Shown: positions 11,261 to 20,373 of the stretch, one piece after another | How positions within the stretch are numbered: position 1 is the first letter of the stretch | How the letters are laid out: each line of letters begins with the position of its first letter | DNA from: Chlorokybus atmophyticus | Lineage: Eukaryota > Plantae > Mesostigma and Chlorokybus algae | DNA: 64,000 nt | NCBI GenBank assembly: GCA_009103225.1 | Contig: RHPI01003587.1 | Coordinates: forward strand, 194,145-258,144 | Direction: 5' to 3' | Notes under the pieces: model-generated | Databases searched by the model: none | Seen by the model: the letters and a program-made list of their open reading frames with translations, nothing else | Told to the model about the DNA's origin: nothing | Program-made: the position numbers and the translations under genes

Positions 11261-11640
11261 GCACAATGTGTGCGTGCAGTATGCTCAGCAACTGCTGTTT
11301 GTGTCATGGTGCAATGCGCACCTGCTTATGAACATGCACAATGTGTGCATGCAGCATGCTCAGCAGCTGCTATCTGTTGTAATGGTGCAATGCGCGCCTG
11401 TTCAACAATGGCACAATGTGTGCATAATACATGCAGCGTGCACCACAGTTGCTGTCAGATAGCATGGTGCTTCACGCACCCGTTGTATTTGATAATGCGC
11501 ACAATGTGTGCATACAACATCAGTTGCAACACCATGTCAATGGTGCCATGTGCGCCTGTGTCCACTCCCATATATATGTCAAGCAGTGCACAGCACTTGT
11601 TCATGTGTTGGTGCACAGCACATGTGCTGTTACTATTGCA
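11261..11640 (+). repeat. Degenerate ~75-bp tandem repeat within the DIRS intron
   Basis: gcacaatgtgtgc recurs at 11261, 11336, 11411 and 11499. Confidence 0.8.
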
Positions 11641-11735
11641 TTGAACAACCAGCTGCAATGGGCACGGTGCATACCTGTGAGTTCTACTTAAGGTTTGCTT
11701 CACGTCAGACCATTGATGCAATCGTGCGCCTACAG

Positions 11736-11928
11736 GCGCTCCGTCACAGAAGAGGGGAGTACCCAGTTCCAGCGTGGACGCGGTCGTGGTGGCTACGGCC
11801 GCGGTGGTCGTGGTGGTTACGGTCGCGGAGGCGGCTACAACAATCAACAGACTGCGCCCGCTCACCAGGAAGCGCTGGCATACTATGTCCCCGTGCAAGA
11901 GCAGCCACGCCTAGCATTGCAGCAGTAA
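11736..11928 (+). CDS. RGG-rich putative exon 2 of DIRS gag
   Basis: The acceptor cctacag|g at 11735 puts QRSVTEEGSTQFQRGRGRGGYGRGGRGGYGRGGGY in frame with exon 1. Ends at CA|GTAAGT (donor at 11925). Confidence 0.65.
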
Positions 11929-12118
11929 GTCATGCTGCCAGTACAGCTGCCGAGTAGCTACAGTGCAATAGCAGAAGATGTCGACAGGTGCTGGTGTGTA
12001 TCATAGCTGGCGCAAGCGCGCATGTATGCATGTATGCGCGCAACTGCGCATGTATGCATGTTTGGATGATGTATTATAGTGTACTTGAAGTGCAGCTGTT
12101 CATGGCTGACAATGGCAT

Positions 12119-14536
12119 GTGTGTATGATACACACAGCTGTATGTTACTTGACAGGGTTATTTCGCATACGAAAGGCCAATAGTCACTTCTGGTATAGCT
12201 TAATTGATTGGCATGTGCGCAGACATAGCACATCTGAAGAACTCGTCGCTATTAGTGCCATTCTTGAGGATGATTGCATGCAAGCAGAGTGGGATCCTGC
12301 AATGCCAGCTTTGGCAGTGGACCCTTTGTCCCCACCAGAGGAGCACACTGATGTTATTACACAAGTGCCACACACTGTTGCGAGCTTACCTATTGCACAG
12401 CAACAAGAGGACATTCGTTCAGTATATGCGGAGTTGTCACAAGTGTCAACAGGCTTTGAAGAGCATCCTAGCTCAGCAACCCAATGGGCAGAGCAGCTAC
12501 ACACCGAAACTCTTAATGCGGAAAATTTTGTGGCAGCCTCTTTGCAGCAGAAGCTCGCAGCATGGACCACATGGTTTCACTTGACGATGCAAAGCAAGAA
12601 GACATTTGTGCTTGACTGGTTGCGTTACGGGTATCGCTTACAATGGGTCGGCACTCAAGCATCGGATAGACGCAAGTGGGAAGAAGTACATGCATTGTTA
12701 CAGGCCGAAGGCTTTGCTGTTGAGGATATTACAATTATGCTGTCACGCAATTCCCCAACACCAGTTGTGTTTCGAAATCGCAAGTCCGCTTCTATACATC
12801 GCGAATACGTTGTCAGTGAGTTGGCAAATTTGGTGACAACAGGAGCAATCTCTGTAGTTAATGCGCACAGCGCGGCAGTGGTCACTGGCATAGGAGTGGT
12901 TGAGCAGGAAAAACGTTTGCGACTCATTATGGACCTGAGGTATATCAACCTCTTTTTGCGCCACATTCCCTTCAACTATGAGAGGTTGCGCGATATATTG
13001 CTGTACACAAAGCGCCACTTTTGGCAAGTAACAGCGGACTTGAAGTCGGGTTATCATCATGTGCCCATTCATGAGGACAGCAAGCCTTACTTGGCTTTGC
13101 GATTTGCTGGAGTCACATACAGGTGGAATGTGCTGCCATTTGGCCTGAGTCAAGCATGCTGGCTGTTTACGAACTTGATGTCCACTGTCTTCACGCCTTT
13201 ACGGGCTATGAGCTTTCCATGCCTTTCCTATATTGATGACATGCACTTCAGCCATTCCAATCGTTGGCATTTGTGCTGGCGCATTCGCCGCGTACTGCGT
13301 CTGTTTAAGGTGCTTGGAATATATATTTCTGTGAAGAAAAGCCAGTTGTGGCCGGAGCAGGTGGTACAGATGTTGGGTCTGCTGGTGGACACTGTGGCAG
13401 GCTCTTTTGCTATTCCTGCAAGCAAGCTGACCAAGCTATTGCAGCTGATGAAGGAGTTAGCAGAAGCTCCTATATTGACCAAGCGTCATCTGGCACGCAT
13501 TGCTGGCAAATTGATTGCGCTAAGACTAGCTTTTGCACCTGCAAGCATTTATGCTCGCCAGCTGATGCGTTTAGCGTTGGTTGCTGATGCATGGGACGAT
13601 ACTGTGAGTGATACGAACGCCTTCAGACACTTCTGTGAGTGGACTGCTGCTGGCTTGCAGACTTACAATGGCAACGCTTGGTGGAAGCCCCCCGTACTGC
13701 TTGAGCTGCACGTGGATGCTTCGGGTACCATTGGTTGGGGGGCGACAGGTCCTTGGCCTCGCATGGCAGGCAACTTTCAGCCTGAGCATATGTCGCTGCC
13801 TTCGGCCATCAAAGAGGCACTCGCTTATGTCCAAGCATTTACTGAAGTAGCACGCACGCACGATCTTCAGCACTGTACAGTGCGCATTATTGGCGATTGT
13901 CAACCAGCGATTCAAATGCTCAACAAGCTGTCTGCTTCTGAGCCTCATATCCTACAAGCTTTACATCAATTGTGGTCTTTGTGCTGGGAGCGTGATATTG
14001 CGCTGACATGTGTGTGGCGCTCACGTGATGAGCTGCGTGATGCGGATGCATTATCTAAATTTACTGACAGAGGAGATTGGGCCCTGACCGCAGACGCAAC
14101 CGCGCTTGTACAACAACGTGTTGGACACCCAATTTTGGATTGTTTTGCAGCTGATTGGAACAGCAAAGCACCTGCTTATTTGAGTTACATACACATGCCT
14201 GGAAGTTTGGGCAATGCTCTTACTACAAACTGGCGCGATGTTCTTCAACGCTTAGGGGGCGGCTTTGTTTGGTGTCACCCGCCATTGGCCCTCCTGCATG
14301 AAGCCATAGCATTATTGCAATATTACCAGCTGCCAGCTGTGGTGTTGGTGCCTGAATGGCACTCTGCTGTGTGGTGGCCAGTGTTCCGCAACTGGCAATT
14401 CACTTATTATGAGAGATTAGGCCCACGGCCCGAATGGTTTGAACGTGGTGCTCGAGTACCCGAAAACAGCATCAACCCTGGACGCTACCCATACATTTGT
14501 GCTTTTGTGCATTGGGTAAGCGCACCTTTCGTGTAG
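12119..14536 (+). CDS. pol: DIRS reverse transcriptase - RNase H - adenine-methyltransferase-like polyprotein
   Basis: Uninterrupted 805-codon ORF with DLKSGYHHV, LPFGLSQA, YIDD (RT); LHVDAS, IIGDCQ, DADALSK (RNase H); LDCFA...WCHPPL...VLVPEW (MT-like). Confidence 0.95.
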   Translation: MCMIHTAVCYLTGLFRIRKANSHFWYSLIDWHVRRHSTSEELVAISAILEDDCMQAEWDPAMPALAVDPLSPPEEHTDVITQVPHTVASLPIAQQQEDIRSVYAELSQVSTGFEEHPSSATQWAEQLHTETLNAENFVAASLQQKLAAWTTWFHLTMQSKKTFVLDWLRYGYRLQWVGTQASDRRKWEEVHALLQAEGFAVEDITIMLSRNSPTPVVFRNRKSASIHREYVVSELANLVTTGAISVVNAHSAAVVTGIGVVEQEKRLRLIMDLRYINLFLRHIPFNYERLRDILLYTKRHFWQVTADLKSGYHHVPIHEDSKPYLALRFAGVTYRWNVLPFGLSQACWLFTNLMSTVFTPLRAMSFPCLSYIDDMHFSHSNRWHLCWRIRRVLRLFKVLGIYISVKKSQLWPEQVVQMLGLLVDTVAGSFAIPASKLTKLLQLMKELAEAPILTKRHLARIAGKLIALRLAFAPASIYARQLMRLALVADAWDDTVSDTNAFRHFCEWTAAGLQTYNGNAWWKPPVLLELHVDASGTIGWGATGPWPRMAGNFQPEHMSLPSAIKEALAYVQAFTEVARTHDLQHCTVRIIGDCQPAIQMLNKLSASEPHILQALHQLWSLCWERDIALTCVWRSRDELRDADALSKFTDRGDWALTADATALVQQRVGHPILDCFAADWNSKAPAYLSYIHMPGSLGNALTTNWRDVLQRLGGGFVWCHPPLALLHEAIALLQYYQLPAVVLVPEWHSAVWWPVFRNWQFTYYERLGPRPEWFERGARVPENSINPGRYPYICAFVHWVSAPFV

Positions 14537-15766
14537 GTAACGGTGCATGATAACAGAACTTCTCCATGTGCCTTGAGCTTGTATTTCTTCCAGAGTAACG
14601 CCACAGCGGAAGGCGCTCTGAGCGGCACCACGTCTGAAAGAGTGCAACCCCAGGTGCGGCCTATATATGCCACATGCCTTGCAGCAGCGCGCAATTGCAT
14701 GGTATGCACAGTTACCAGACATGCTATGTTCTTCCCACTTCAACCTATTCTTCGCAACAGGCCGAAATAGAGGACCAGCGGTGATGGCAAAGCAGCTCCC
14801 GCGACAGTAGGTCAAATAGGCATAGAGCACTTCAGAGAACTCCACAGGCAAACCACTGCTGCGCACTGGTATAGTGGGTGCACCTCCAGTGCTGTAATTC
14901 TTGAGATGTGTTACAGTGGCCGTCAACCCAGAACCTGCCGCTTGTATCTCGTGCATCTGTAAACGCGCACCTTCACCACCCCGTTGCCATGTGCACCATA
15001 GGTATAGGCAAAGTGCATAGTCGCGCCAGAGCACAGCCTTATCATGTGTGACTGTCAGTTGCTGAGGTATGGTAAACAGCTGGTGTTGGAAGTATGCGAT
15101 AAGCGTTCGCATGTCATCAATTGCCAATGGCACAGCAGGAATAGGTTGAACTCCTTGCCGAGCAGCAATCTTTGCATATCCTTGACGGAACTCGCGCACG
15201 TCTATGGACAGAAGCGGGTTCCCTGTGGATGTGTCGCTGTCCCATGGGCTGATGCGCCCTAGAAGTCTGAAGGAGCATGTGAGATGTGAGATCACATTGT
15301 CTAGTGTGGTGCTGGCGATCATGCGATGACCATGGCGGTCGAGCCTGCGAGCTTTGCCGATGTGTGTGTCGGTCCAGTGCCCAGCAAGGTAGCTTGTGAC
15401 AATAGCTGGGGTGACGTTGGCGACGGCAATGTTGAGCTCAGGATGTTGCAGGTAGTTGGCAAACTCTTGCCAGACGCGATCGCGTTGGTCGCGAGTGCCA
15501 TCAGATACAGCTTCACGACTGATGCGCTCTACTTCCAAAAGCGCTGCTGCTGCTCGCTCTCGCAGATTACACCCCATTACTTGCTGTGGACGCACAGTCG
15601 CGCGTGCGGTGCGTTGTGCATCAGCGGTATGTTGCAAGCGCTGTGCGAAGTCCATCTGCACAACGATCACACACATTGTCAGACGACTGCGCGCAGCACT
15701 CTGCGCAAGGATCAAACACTGTGTCAGGCAACCAAACAAAACTATCTTGATTTGCAACTTTGGCAA
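14417..15766 (-). CDS. Tyrosine recombinase (DIRS integrase), antisense to RT
   Basis: Intact ORF with QRGGE, GPLFR, LHSFRRG, GTWRS and RYL catalytic motifs. Probable start MDFAQ at 15655; overlaps the RT ORF tail-to-tail by 120 bp. Confidence 0.93.
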   Translation of the reverse strand: MPKLQIKIVLFGCLTQCLILAQSAARSRLTMCVIVVQMDFAQRLQHTADAQRTARATVRPQQVMGCNLRERAAAALLEVERISREAVSDGTRDQRDRVWQEFANYLQHPELNIAVANVTPAIVTSYLAGHWTDTHIGKARRLDRHGHRMIASTTLDNVISHLTCSFRLLGRISPWDSDTSTGNPLLSIDVREFRQGYAKIAARQGVQPIPAVPLAIDDMRTLIAYFQHQLFTIPQQLTVTHDKAVLWRDYALCLYLWCTWQRGGEGARLQMHEIQAAGSGLTATVTHLKNYSTGGAPTIPVRSSGLPVEFSEVLYAYLTYCRGSCFAITAGPLFRPVAKNRLKWEEHSMSGNCAYHAIARCCKACGIYRPHLGLHSFRRGAAQSAFRCGVTLEEIQAQGTWRSSVIMHRYLHERCAYPMHKSTNVWVASRVDAVFGYSSTTFKPFGPWA

Positions 15767-15832
15767 TACAAATACACCAGGCTCTACACCTACAACTCGT
15801 CCCTACTGATATATGCTTGGGAGGGGGAGGTA

Positions 15833-15999
15833 GAATGTTCAATGCATTCGCAGTTGTTCATCGTGTAAATCATACTTATAACGATGAACGCGTATGATCG
15901 TAGGGCTTAGGTGTTCTTGCCAAAGTTGGACTGTAGGTAGGATAATTGTTTGAAACAAAAGGAATGTAAATCGTTCATCGTGTGCAAAGTAGTATAATG
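15833..15999 (+). repeat. Split direct repeat B1 (copy B2 at 16434-16600)
   Basis: 167 bp; I see one mismatch versus B2. Confidence 0.95.
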
Positions 16000-16759
16000 G
16001 GCATTACTTGTCGGCTTCAACTATTGGCCGGCGAGTTTTCGTTTAACAAATTAATAAGTAAGTGATTAATACGTATAGTTTAAGTTAGGGTTTGCCTCTG
16101 TTGCTTGACACACACGTGTCAAGCAACAGAGCAGTTGAGGCCGTCACCTCAGCGGCGGCGTTGTTGGCGACGCTGCTGGCGACGGCGAAAATTCGCCCTT
16201 CCCGCCCCACCCTGATGCGCCGCCGCGCTTCACAAGAACTATGCGCCTCGTCTCGATTGCGCTTTCAAGTTCATGCTCATGCTCAGGAACGAGATAAGTG
16301 GATCGTGATTCTAAATGCATTCGTCTCGGTTGAATAGGATCCGGGTTGCGTCAACGGCGTGCTGCTGACCGTGCGATTACGTTGTTACATCGACGGTATT
16401 TCGCTTCATTGCTAGCCGCCGTCGGTACATCCCGAATGTTCAATGCATTCGCAGTTGTTCATCGTGTAAATCATACTTATAACGATGAACGCGTATGATC
16501 GTAGGGCTTAGGTGTTCTTGCCAAAGTTGGACTGTAGGTAGGATAATTGTTTGAAACAAAAAGAATGTAAATCGTTCATCGTGTGCAAAGTAGTATAATG
16601 TGTGGTGCGCTACTGCGCGCCAGGTGTTGGGGCCCCAAAAGGACCATGCACGGTCCGTCCCTCACGGACCAGACACTCGTGGTCCGCGGGGACGGACCAT
16701 GTATGGCCCGCGGGGTCCGTGGAAGGACCATGCATGGTCCCCGAACGTCAATCCGTGTG

Positions 16760-16846
16760 TATAGAGTGGGCATGCTGGTGCCTGCAGCAGAGACGCATGC
16801 CATGATGCTGATGTGCTCCATGTTGCCAACCTTCACATGGAAGAAT
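16760..16846 (-). pseudogene. Fot1/pogo-like transposase, most 5' fragment in the window
   Basis: FHVKVGNMEHISIMACVSAAGTSMPTLY matches the DDE_1 'E-x-I-T/S-V...C-x-S-A-x-G...P' motif and joins in frame to 8137. Confidence 0.85.
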
Positions 16847-17460
16847 CAGTACAAATCGTATACCCGTAAACTGCAATCGATATGGCCAGCGTCCGCGAGC
16901 CGCATACGTTTCTCGTACAAGCCATGCATGCACCATATGTGGTGGCGTCAATGTTACAGGCCATACTGGTCGTCGGTTGTACCATACACGCTGTGCACTT
17001 AAGCCACATCAGATGTGGTGCAAACAGCGCACCATGTATGGTTTCATAGATTTTTACCGCCATTAATGGCTTGAACCCTGTTGCCACCATATATGGTGCT
17101 GCATATTCACCACCACATCTAGTGCAAGACTCAATGCCATGTATGCTGTAAATTTATAGCCATGTGTGTGTTGTTGATACATGACCATGCATGGTGTGTA
17201 AGCATTGGTGCCATACATGGTCTGAAATCAGCGGCAGGTGTGGCCCCAAACCTATGGACCATTGCAGGTGCGCATCACTTGCGTGTCGGCTTGCATGCGC
17301 GCCATAAATGGTTGTGACTTACGCTGACTGCCACAGCTTGTTCCATTTGTGGCGCTAATTATTGCCAACTGTAATCAACGTCATGTACCTGGTCTTTATA
17401 AGAAGTTGCGTTGATTGCCATATGACATGTGTACATCTTGAAGTAGGACTCTAGGCATGG
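16847..17460. repeat. Array of CCATRYATGG / CACCA..TGGTG palindromes, probably the subterminal region of an unassigned large element
   Basis: accatatgtggtg, accatgtatggt, ccatatatggtg, accatgcatggt, ccatacatggt clustered exactly where Fot1 homology stops. Confidence 0.5.
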
Positions 17461-17950
17461 CATTCAACGTCACAAGCCAGTGGCCGCATGTGCACGCCAT
17501 ACATTATTAGCCAACAACGATGACTGCCATCCAACACACAATACTGGGCCCGTATGTGTTGGAAGGGCAGTCAATGTAAGTGGACTTGCTGTATGCTAAG
17601 AACGACATTGACTGCCAGGAAGCAGCACATTTGACACGATAGCCATCTACTAAATGCAGTTAACGTCTTGAATGCGACTCTGTCATTGATGGCCACTAAG
17701 TTGCATCTCTGAGGTGTTGGCAGTGTAAAATGGCAGGTATATTGTAAATAAGACCTCACACACAAACATATATCAGCGCTAGTGAACATACCAAGTTCAA
17801 CGCGGATGAAGTACTGTATAATATGGCCTACATGTTGAGTGGTAAACTGACATGTATCATATACAAATGCTTGTTTTTAATTTAATTGGGGGGTGGGTGG
17901 CTGAGCGAGATAAGCTTTCAAAATTGCAAGTTGGCAAAGTTAGCCATCGA

Positions 17951-18724
17951 TTAATCAATCTTGCGCATCAGTTTCATGTCATCCTTGGTTAGGGTGACGC
18001 GCTTGCGATGGATGGCTACTAGATTTTTGCACGCCATCAACTGGATACATTCACATCCATACATGGCATGCATGCGGGTGCACACAGGACTTACGCCTTT
18101 TCAAGCAGCGTGACAAGGAAAGTTTCGGCAGCCTCTTGAATGGCGAGTATTGCATCGGATGTGAACCTGAAAGGATCCTTATCCCTGTGCTGCTCGTTGC
18201 AAACCTCCCTGACTAGCCTGGAGAATGGCAGCTGTTACCATACAGTCTAATCAGCACAAGTGCAACATGTAGATGGGGCGTGAGCTTGCGGCAACGTGCA
18301 TCACACCAACCTTAGCAAGAAGCAGCTCAGTTGACTTCTGTTACTTGCGAATCTCGCGCAGGGCCATGGTACCCGAGCGGTTACGATGTGGCTTTTGCTG
18401 TAGCTCTGTCCGACCACGGCGTGCGTGCTTGGGCAGACGCTTGGCGCCTATTGTGGGGCGACGTCCCTGAATTGTTGCGTTGCTGGCGCGTGGCTTCTTC
18501 TTCTGGCGCTTGGAGTTCGAGGCGCCTGACTTCTAGCGCTTGCGCTTTGCGCCGTTTGTAGTGGTACCCCCTCCCGTAACCTCGTTGTTATCGGCTGCGC
18601 CCCCTGTATTGCCGGCAGTGGCATCAGCATTTGGCAGATGAGGGAGAGGGTATCCCATCAGGCGGTAGAACTCGTCGGCGTGTGCGTTCAGCTGGGCGTC
18701 TATGTTGTCAATGACTGCCTCTAT
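17951..18724 (-). pseudogene. Divergent histone H3-fold (CENH3-like) domain at the C-terminus of a larger decayed gene
   Basis: Exons 18724-18311, 18231-18095 and 18026-17951 give KPHRNRSGTMALREIRK*QKSTELLLAK|[46 protein letters not shown]|NLVAIHRKRVTLTKDDMKLMRKID. Two premature stops, and the last acceptor reads AA instead of AG. Confidence 0.92.
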
Positions 18725-18814
18725 CTGCGCGTAAAGAAGAGTTACACAACCACTCATGCCCAGCAACGTAGTGTGCAAGCAGGTTTAGGGTTAGGGTTAG
18801 GTCACATGTGCTCA

Positions 18815-20373
18815 CCTCTTTCACTTGGTTGACTAGGAGTGTGTGCTCATGGTCGAGCTTCTTGTGTTCTGCAGGCGATGTAGACAGCTGCATCTGGAGA
18901 TTGTCCCTTTTCATTGGCTGGTGTAGTGGGCAGGGCTGCCGCTGCATCTTTGCTTTGCTTTGAAGCAGTGGCGCGTTTGGCGATGCAGTTGACGAGCTAA
19001 CCCTTGAGGACTTGGCGTTCATCCTCGCGCGCTTGTAATCGGTCCAACTGCTCTTGACTGAACACCCTCAACTGCATTACACTCGCATGCTGCGCAATAC
19101 AAGCGACAATGTTAGTGCAATGTCAATGTGGCAATAGGCGGAGTGCTTGGGACAGACGATGCCGATCAACTGTAGTCCCACAACAACAGCTGCATTTGCT
19201 GCTATGATGCACGCAGTGAGGACACAAAGCGCATGCCCACGAACTTTAATTACAACAACACTTGCCTTGTCGGCTGGGAGCCCAGCAGACCGAATGGGGC
19301 AGAGTCTTGTAGTCCTCACAAACTCGTGCCATGCATGCGTCAAACAAAGTTGTCAAGGGCTGGCATCATCTCCACATGCAAGCAAACAATGTGCGTTACG
19401 GCGTGTAGCTCAAATGTGTATTGCTAGTGTGCTGCAGTCAAAGCATGATCAAAAGACTCATGTTGCATGCCACTGGACTAGGGGATGCACGTGGCATGCA
19501 TGAATGCTGATGTGTCTGGCTGAACAGTAAGGAGAAGGGAATGTGCTTTTTGGGAGGAAGAGTGCAATGTTATCAGTAGTGCATGCAAGAATGCCATTGC
19601 ACAAAAGAGGCATGGAACTAGCATGCATACTAGGTGCGTGTGGGTGCCACAGACTGCACCACAAGGTGGTTGTGCTTAGAGCAGCCGAGCATGAATGCAA
19701 GGTGGCTGCAAACCTTGCTTGATTGAAACTGCCCCTAAACATGCATGCAACTGGCAGGCATAACTAGGTGCACACATGTGCTATGATCTGAACGATAACA
19801 TGGTTGAAGGGATAAGGCATGGTTGAAGGGATAAGGCAGGCAGGCAGGCATGCAACTGTCATAACCTCCTCGCCGCCGAGCGCCGTCACGTTGATGGGTG
19901 CATTCTCAGGCGGCTCCTCAGGTGGCTCTACCGGCAAGTTGCCAGGCACCTCTGGCGTTGTGGTGGTGGCTGCTGCCCTCCCCCCCCTAAAACCATCAGC
20001 TACCGTTGGAGTGGCCATGTGGGCGCTAGCAGCGTGCGAGGTGGTGGCAGCCTTGTTGTCGGCCACCGGCGTTGTGTGCGCCTCCCCAGCCTCCCTAGCC
20101 GGCGGGGCGTTGCCCATGTTAGCTACACAATCCGCCATGGTCGACATTGCTGCCGCCTCCCTCGTTCACCTCGACTATGCCGCCAACCTCGCCGTGATTG
20201 GACTTGTGAGGTCAAAAAGCGCGGGAAACCTTTCAGACTAACCTTGCTGGCAGGCGACGCTGACAGCCCATCGACACAGGGAATGAGGTAGCATTGATTG
20301 TTGGTGGCAGCAGAGGATCCGATGCCCTCAAGGAGTGATGTGACGCCTGTGGTCAGTGGGCGAGTGTCAGATG
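18815..20373 (-). pseudogene. Upstream coiled-coil and low-complexity exons of the H3-like gene (decayed)
   Basis: LDRLQAREDERQVLKG...KKLDHEHTLLVNQVKE|gtgagc splices in phase to IEAVIDN; the exon ...NAPINVTALGGEE ends near 19866. Stops and frameshifts are present. Confidence 0.55.

Larger units (their letters stand above)
10082..16600 (+). mobile_element. DIRS-order (PAT/TOC/kangaroo-like) tyrosine-recombinase retrotransposon with split direct repeats
   Basis: Structure A1(10082-10280)-ORFs-B1(15833-15999)-A2(15997-16195)-unique-B2(16434-16600). Gag-like and RT/RNaseH/MT coding on plus, YR on minus, ATG trinucleotide at both junctions. Confidence 0.95.
8138..16759. mobile_element. Non-autonomous CACTA/EnSpm-like element, family A copy 2 (hosts the DIRS element)
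   Basis: Ends CACACGGATTGACGTTCAAGGACC and ...GAACGTCAATCCGTGTG, TSD TAT/TAT. Removing it restores the frame PTLY-IHKG of the Fot1-like gene. Confidence 0.93.

Noticed and set aside
11261-11640. CRISPR-like array (also 44813-45470 and 41395-41630)
   Set aside because: The units are degenerate tandem repeats without unique spacers, and the context is eukaryotic with no cas genes.
14417-15766. Stand-alone phage or Crypton integrase
   Set aside because: It lies inside the split direct repeats with RT; this is the standard DIRS recombinase.
15833-16600. Hammerhead or other self-cleaving ribozyme in the DIRS repeats
   Set aside because: No CUGANGA...GAAA core on either strand; only simple hairpins.
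17951-18400. Canonical functional histone H3 gene
   Set aside because: No ARTKQTARKS tail, two stops, a broken acceptor and many non-H3 substitutions.
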